Of a DNA stretch of 64,000 bases, positions 60,348 through 64,000 are shown piece after piece. Each line of letters begins with the position of its first letter. Positions within the stretch are counted from its first letter, which is position 1. Origin of the DNA: Verrucomicrobiaceae bacterium (GTDB taxonomy: Bacteria > Verrucomicrobiota > Verrucomicrobiia > Verrucomicrobiales > Akkermansiaceae); assembly GCA_051252135.1 (NCBI GenBank), contig JBPOGH010000001.1:256001-320000 (forward strand), in the 5' to 3' direction. The translations under genes were made by a program, and so were the position numbers. The notes under the pieces are model-generated. The model searched no databases. It was given only the letters and a program-made list of their open reading frames with translations, and had not been told where the DNA came from.

Positions 60348-61325
60348 ATGAGCAAGCGCGTCCTACTCACCACCACCTCGTTCCAGGACACTCCTGGCAG
60401 CCACCAAGACCTTCTCAACTCCCAGGATTGGGAAATCGTCCGTGCCCGCGGCCCCCTTTCGGAAGCTGAGATGCTCGAACTCGCGGGTGACTTCGATGCC
60501 TTCCTCTGCGGGGATGATGCCATCACTGCCGCGGTGATCGACAAATCACTGCCCAAGCTTCAGATCATTTCCAAATACGGGATCGGTCTTGATAAAATCA
60601 ATGTCGATTACGCCACCGAGAAAAAAATCCCCGTTCTTTTCACCCCCGGCGTCAACCACACCACGGTTGCCGAACACACCTTCGGACTCCTTCTTGGCAT
60701 CACCAAGGACATTCAATCCAATGCAGTCGCCGTCCAAAATGGCGATTGGGTCGCAGGCTGGAAAAAACCCGTCGGCAACGAAATCATGGGCAAGACCATT
60801 GGCATCCTGGGTCTCGGACGTATCGGTAAAGAAGTAGCCATCCGCGCCAAAGCCTTCGGCATGTCCATCATCGCCTTCGATCCCTATTTCGACGAAACTT
60901 TCGCCGCTGAATACGGAGTGAAAAAATGCGCCGACATGGACGAGGTCCTGCACAATTCCGATGTGGTGTCCCTCCATTGCTTCCTGAACGAAGAAACCGA
61001 GGACATGATCAACGCCTCCAAGATCGCCGAGATGCGCGACAATGTCGTGGTCCTTAACTGCGCGCGCGGCGAACTGGTCAACACCAACGACATGGCCGAT
61101 GCCCTTAAATCGGGCAAAGTCGGAGGATATGGAGCTGACGTTCTCGACGCAGAACCCCCGGCACCAAACCACCCGCTTATCGGCGCGCCGAACTGCATCA
61201 TCACCTCCCACATCGGCTCGCGCACGCACGAATCCGTCCAACGCCAGGCCAATCGCTGCCTCAATAACGCCATCAACTTCTTCTCCGGAGATTCCGATGT
61301 CCTCTGCGCCAACGGCGTCCTCTAA
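60348..61325 (+). CDS. D-isomer-specific 2-hydroxyacid dehydrogenase (SerA-like, no ACT domain)
   Basis: KYGIGLDKI, VAEH, GILGLGRIG, VSLH, NCARG, DV...EP, TSHIGS. Confidence 0.9.
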   Translation: MSKRVLLTTTSFQDTPGSHQDLLNSQDWEIVRARGPLSEAEMLELAGDFDAFLCGDDAITAAVIDKSLPKLQIISKYGIGLDKINVDYATEKKIPVLFTPGVNHTTVAEHTFGLLLGITKDIQSNAVAVQNGDWVAGWKKPVGNEIMGKTIGILGLGRIGKEVAIRAKAFGMSIIAFDPYFDETFAAEYGVKKCADMDEVLHNSDVVSLHCFLNEETEDMINASKIAEMRDNVVVLNCARGELVNTNDMADALKSGKVGGYGADVLDAEPPAPNHPLIGAPNCIITSHIGSRTHESVQRQANRCLNNAINFFSGDSDVLCANGVL

Positions 61326-61343
61326 TTTTCACTTAAAAATATA

Positions 61344-62444
61344 ATGTCACTCGATATCAAATCAGCCGACTCCTGTGCCTACGACATCCTGTCGATGGGC
61401 GAAATCATGCTCCGCCTCGATCCCGGGGACGGCCGCGTCCGCACCACTCGCCAGTTTCAGGCCTGGGAAGGCGGCGGCGAATACAACGTCGCCCGCGGCC
61501 TCCGCCGTTGCTTCGGCAAGCGCGCTGCCGTTCTTACCGGATTCGTCGATAACGAAGTCGGACGCCTTCTCGAGGACCTCGTCCTTCAGGGTGGAGTCGA
61601 CACCCGGTTCATCAAGTGGGCTGATTTCGATGGCCTCGGTGTCGCGGCCCGAAACGGTCTCAACTTCACCGAGCGCGGCTTTGGATGTCGCGCTGCCAAA
61701 GGCACCTCCGACCGTGGGCACACCGCAGCATCACAACTCACTGTCGATGACTTTGACTTCGAGCACATCTTCGGCACCCTCGGAGTCCGTTGGTTCCACA
61801 CCGGCGGAATTTTCGCCGCTCTTTCCGAAGGCAATGCCGCCCTCACCATCGAGGCCTGCAAGATTGCCAAGAAGCACGGCACCATCGTTTCCTACGATCT
61901 CAATTACCGCCCAAGCCTTTGGAAATCCATCGGCGGCCAAGCCAAAGCCCAGGAGGTCAACCGCGAGATCGCCCAGTATGTCGACGTCATGATTGGCAAC
62001 GAAGAAGACTTCACCGCATGCCTTGGCTTCGAGGTGGAAGGGGTCGATGAAGAAAACATCACCGGCATCGATATCTCGAACTTCAAAAAGATGATTGAGA
62101 AAGCCGTCGCCGAATTCCCGAATTTCAAAGCCACCGCCACCACTCTTCGTGAGGTGCACAGTGCTTCTGATAACGACTGGGCCGCACTTGCCTGGCATGA
62201 CGGCGAATTCCATAACTCGGTCAACCGCGAGCACCTCGAAATCTTCGACCGCGTCGGCGGCGGTGACTCATTCGCCTCCGGCCTCATCTACGGCTTCCTC
62301 GAGTTCAACGATGCCGCCCAAGCTGTCGAATGGGGAGCCGCTCACGGAGCACTTGCCATGACAACTCCCGGTGACACCACCATGGTCACCCGTGATGAAG
62401 TCGCCAAACTCGTCGGCGGTGGTTCCGCCCGGGTGGATCGATAG
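61344..62444 (+). CDS. kdgK: PfkB-family sugar kinase, probable 2-keto-3-deoxygluconate kinase
   Basis: GEIMLRLDP, GGGEYNVA, YDLNYRPSLW, GNEED, DRVGGGDSFASG, TTPGD. Confidence 0.85.
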   Translation: MSLDIKSADSCAYDILSMGEIMLRLDPGDGRVRTTRQFQAWEGGGEYNVARGLRRCFGKRAAVLTGFVDNEVGRLLEDLVLQGGVDTRFIKWADFDGLGVAARNGLNFTERGFGCRAAKGTSDRGHTAASQLTVDDFDFEHIFGTLGVRWFHTGGIFAALSEGNAALTIEACKIAKKHGTIVSYDLNYRPSLWKSIGGQAKAQEVNREIAQYVDVMIGNEEDFTACLGFEVEGVDEENITGIDISNFKKMIEKAVAEFPNFKATATTLREVHSASDNDWAALAWHDGEFHNSVNREHLEIFDRVGGGDSFASGLIYGFLEFNDAAQAVEWGAAHGALAMTTPGDTTMVTRDEVAKLVGGGSARVDR

Positions 62445-62463
62445 GATCAAAAAGCAATATTCC

Positions 62464-62498
62464 AAAAGCCCGACTCACGATTGTGGGTCGGGCTTTTT
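62464..62498. terminator. Bidirectional intrinsic terminator
   Basis: AAAAGCCCGACTCAC-gatt-GTGGGTCGGGCTTTTT between convergent genes. Confidence 0.88.
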
Positions 62499-62508
62499 CG
62501 TCCCAAGA

Positions 62509-62769
62509 TCACTGGCGCTCCGCCTTTCCATCCAGACACCTCAAGAATCCAATTCCTCCGCTCGCAACGAAAATGGCGCCCGACACAAAGCAGGCAAAAA
62601 ACATTGTCAGCTCCCCTGCCACCCACGCGAGCCCTCCCCCCATCATCAAACCGATCCCGCTGAATGTCAGCGCTGTCACCGTCCCATATCTCAACAGGTC
62701 TGGGAACGCTCCCTTAAGATTGAAGCTTCGAAGCGGACTCTCTTTAACTTGTTCTACTGGTGTTTCCAT
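62509..62769 (-). CDS. Small two-TM hypothetical protein
   Basis: From ATG 62769: METPVEQ...TALTFSGIGLMMGGGLAWVAG...FFACFVSGAIFVASGGIGFL; ends beside the terminator. Confidence 0.6.
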   Translation of the reverse strand: METPVEQVKESPLRSFNLKGAFPDLLRYGTVTALTFSGIGLMMGGGLAWVAGELTMFFACFVSGAIFVASGGIGFLRCLDGKAERQ

Positions 62770-62833
62770 AACACCTCTACCTTCTCCCCGCTCCATGAAG
62801 TCATGATGAAGCGAATGTGAAAACGCGGTGAAT

Positions 62834-64000
62834 TTATCGCACGCCAAGCTCGCTCAACCGCTGATTAACCCATGCCAGACCTTCCTTTGCCTCGTCATCA
62901 TTCGGGTCTTCCTTCTGAAGGGAATCCCAGCAGGACTTGGACTCCTTTAAAAAAGCGACTCCCAGTTCACGCTTACCCGCCAAATCCGCGGAATGTCCGA
63001 GGTCCCCACAAAGATACGCCTGTGATTTCCTGACCGTCGTCGGATGGGGAATGGGAACAGCTGCATCAAGAATCAACTTGAGCAGGTCGCGGGCCTCCGT
63101 TCCCAATTTGATCTCTTCGCCGCTCTTCCCTTGCTGGCCCACCAATCCGGAAAGCTGCCACTTGAGCGAGGCCAAGAGATACTTCGCGCTCCAATCCTGT
63201 GGGTGCGTATCAATCCCGGTCTCCAGATTCTTGATCGCCCGGTTAAGGAGCTCGCCACTCGCAGTCGTCCGCCCCTCATCACGCATCACTGAGGCGATGA
63301 TCCCCTGTTGGGAAGCGATCGCTCTGGTGAGACGAAAATCATTGGGCATCTTACTGACCAGGCCAGTAAGTTCATCCAAAGCAGACTTCGCCAATTTTTC
63401 CGCGCTGAAAGTCTTGCCCATCTGCCACTCGGCAATCGCTCGGGAGGCATTGGCAGCAGCAATCTGAAAATCAATTTCCGGAATGGCCTCCTTGGACCTT
63501 TTGGCAAGTTCGGAGAACGACGCGGCGGCCTGGGCCCTCAGTGCAGCGGCATCATCAACGGCACCCCCTCCCTCAGCCGCCAAAGCTGCCCGCAAATATC
63601 CCCGTCCCAAATTCATGCGCAAAGCAGGAGTCTCCGGAAAGAGTTCAACCAGAGCATTCAGGCGTTGAAGACTGCTCTTATAATGCTTCAGGGCCGCTGG
63701 GAAATCCTTCTTAAATTCCGATTCCCGACCCTTCACAAATGAAAGCGCCGCCTCGGCCCTCATTCTCTCGGACGATCCGGTCGGCCAGGCCTCCGCGACC
63801 ACCAGACCGGTCTTTCCGATTTCATCGCTAATCGAAGCCTTCATCCCCTCTGAGACCAAAACGAGATAGCGAAGCCTCGCCCGAGCTTCATCAACGGCCT
63901 CCAGATGACTCCCCCCGACAGCTAAAGCATCCTTCAACGCGTTGAGTCCCTCATCAGCCCTCCCCGCAGCCAGGAGCACCTCTGCCTTGCGCAATCGCAA
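62834..64000 (-). CDS. TPR-like helical protein, C-terminal part (partial)
   Basis: Open to the window end; Ala/Leu-rich helical repeats (LVELFPETPALRMNLGRGY, LQKEDPNDDEAKEGL). Confidence 0.75.
   Translation of the reverse strand: MRLRKAEVLLAAGRADEGLNALKDALAVGGSHLEAVDEARARLRYLVLVSEGMKASISDEIGKTGLVVAEAWPTGSSERMRAEAALSFVKGRESEFKKDFPAALKHYKSSLQRLNALVELFPETPALRMNLGRGYLRAALAAEGGGAVDDAAALRAQAAASFSELAKRSKEAIPEIDFQIAAANASRAIAEWQMGKTFSAEKLAKSALDELTGLVSKMPNDFRLTRAIASQQGIIASVMRDEGRTTASGELLNRAIKNLETGIDTHPQDWSAKYLLASLKWQLSGLVGQQGKSGEEIKLGTEARDLLKLILDAAVPIPHPTTVRKSQAYLCGDLGHSADLAGKRELGVAFLKESKSCWDSLQKEDPNDDEAKEGLAWVNQRLSELGVR

Overview
Mostly core chromosome from a Verrucomicrobiota bacterium. The taxon is inferred from a TGTTC-N4-GAACA LexA box, a MoxR/DUF58/BatA cluster, PQQ-like propeller and BspA-LRR exoproteins, and fused SecDF. 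Left to right: an imuA-imuB-dnaE2 SOS mutagenesis cassette (dnaE2 is missing from the ORF track because it runs off the edge), a two-module LRR surface protein, REP-like hairpins, an AT3-SGNH acyltransferase, an RlmD-like methyltransferase, a TetR-RND efflux operon, a MoxR-DUF58-BatA-vWA operon, trhO-phoH-trkA, tgt-yajC-secDF, ilvBN, carA-purA-uppS, a sigma54 regulator, upp, cysE/Rrf2/cysJIHK, several peptidases and nucleases, an SDR-folP pair and a 2-hydroxyacid dehydrogenase-kdgK pair. The strongest unannotated signal is structural: the + strand switches from G-rich to C-rich regardless of gene direction, and a 28-bp dif-like XerCD site (26473-26500) lies near the switch, so the window probably contains the replication terminus. 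Other leads are an unrecognised five-copy Pro-rich repeat in frame with MoxR, repeated leaderless promoter geometry, a pterin-aldehyde-reductase-like SDR coupled to folP, candidate operators for the efflux and cys operons, and a possibly structured tgt leader. I saw no CRISPR array, tRNA, rRNA, transposase, integrase or reverse transcriptase. All family assignments come from motif recognition by eye, not database searches.
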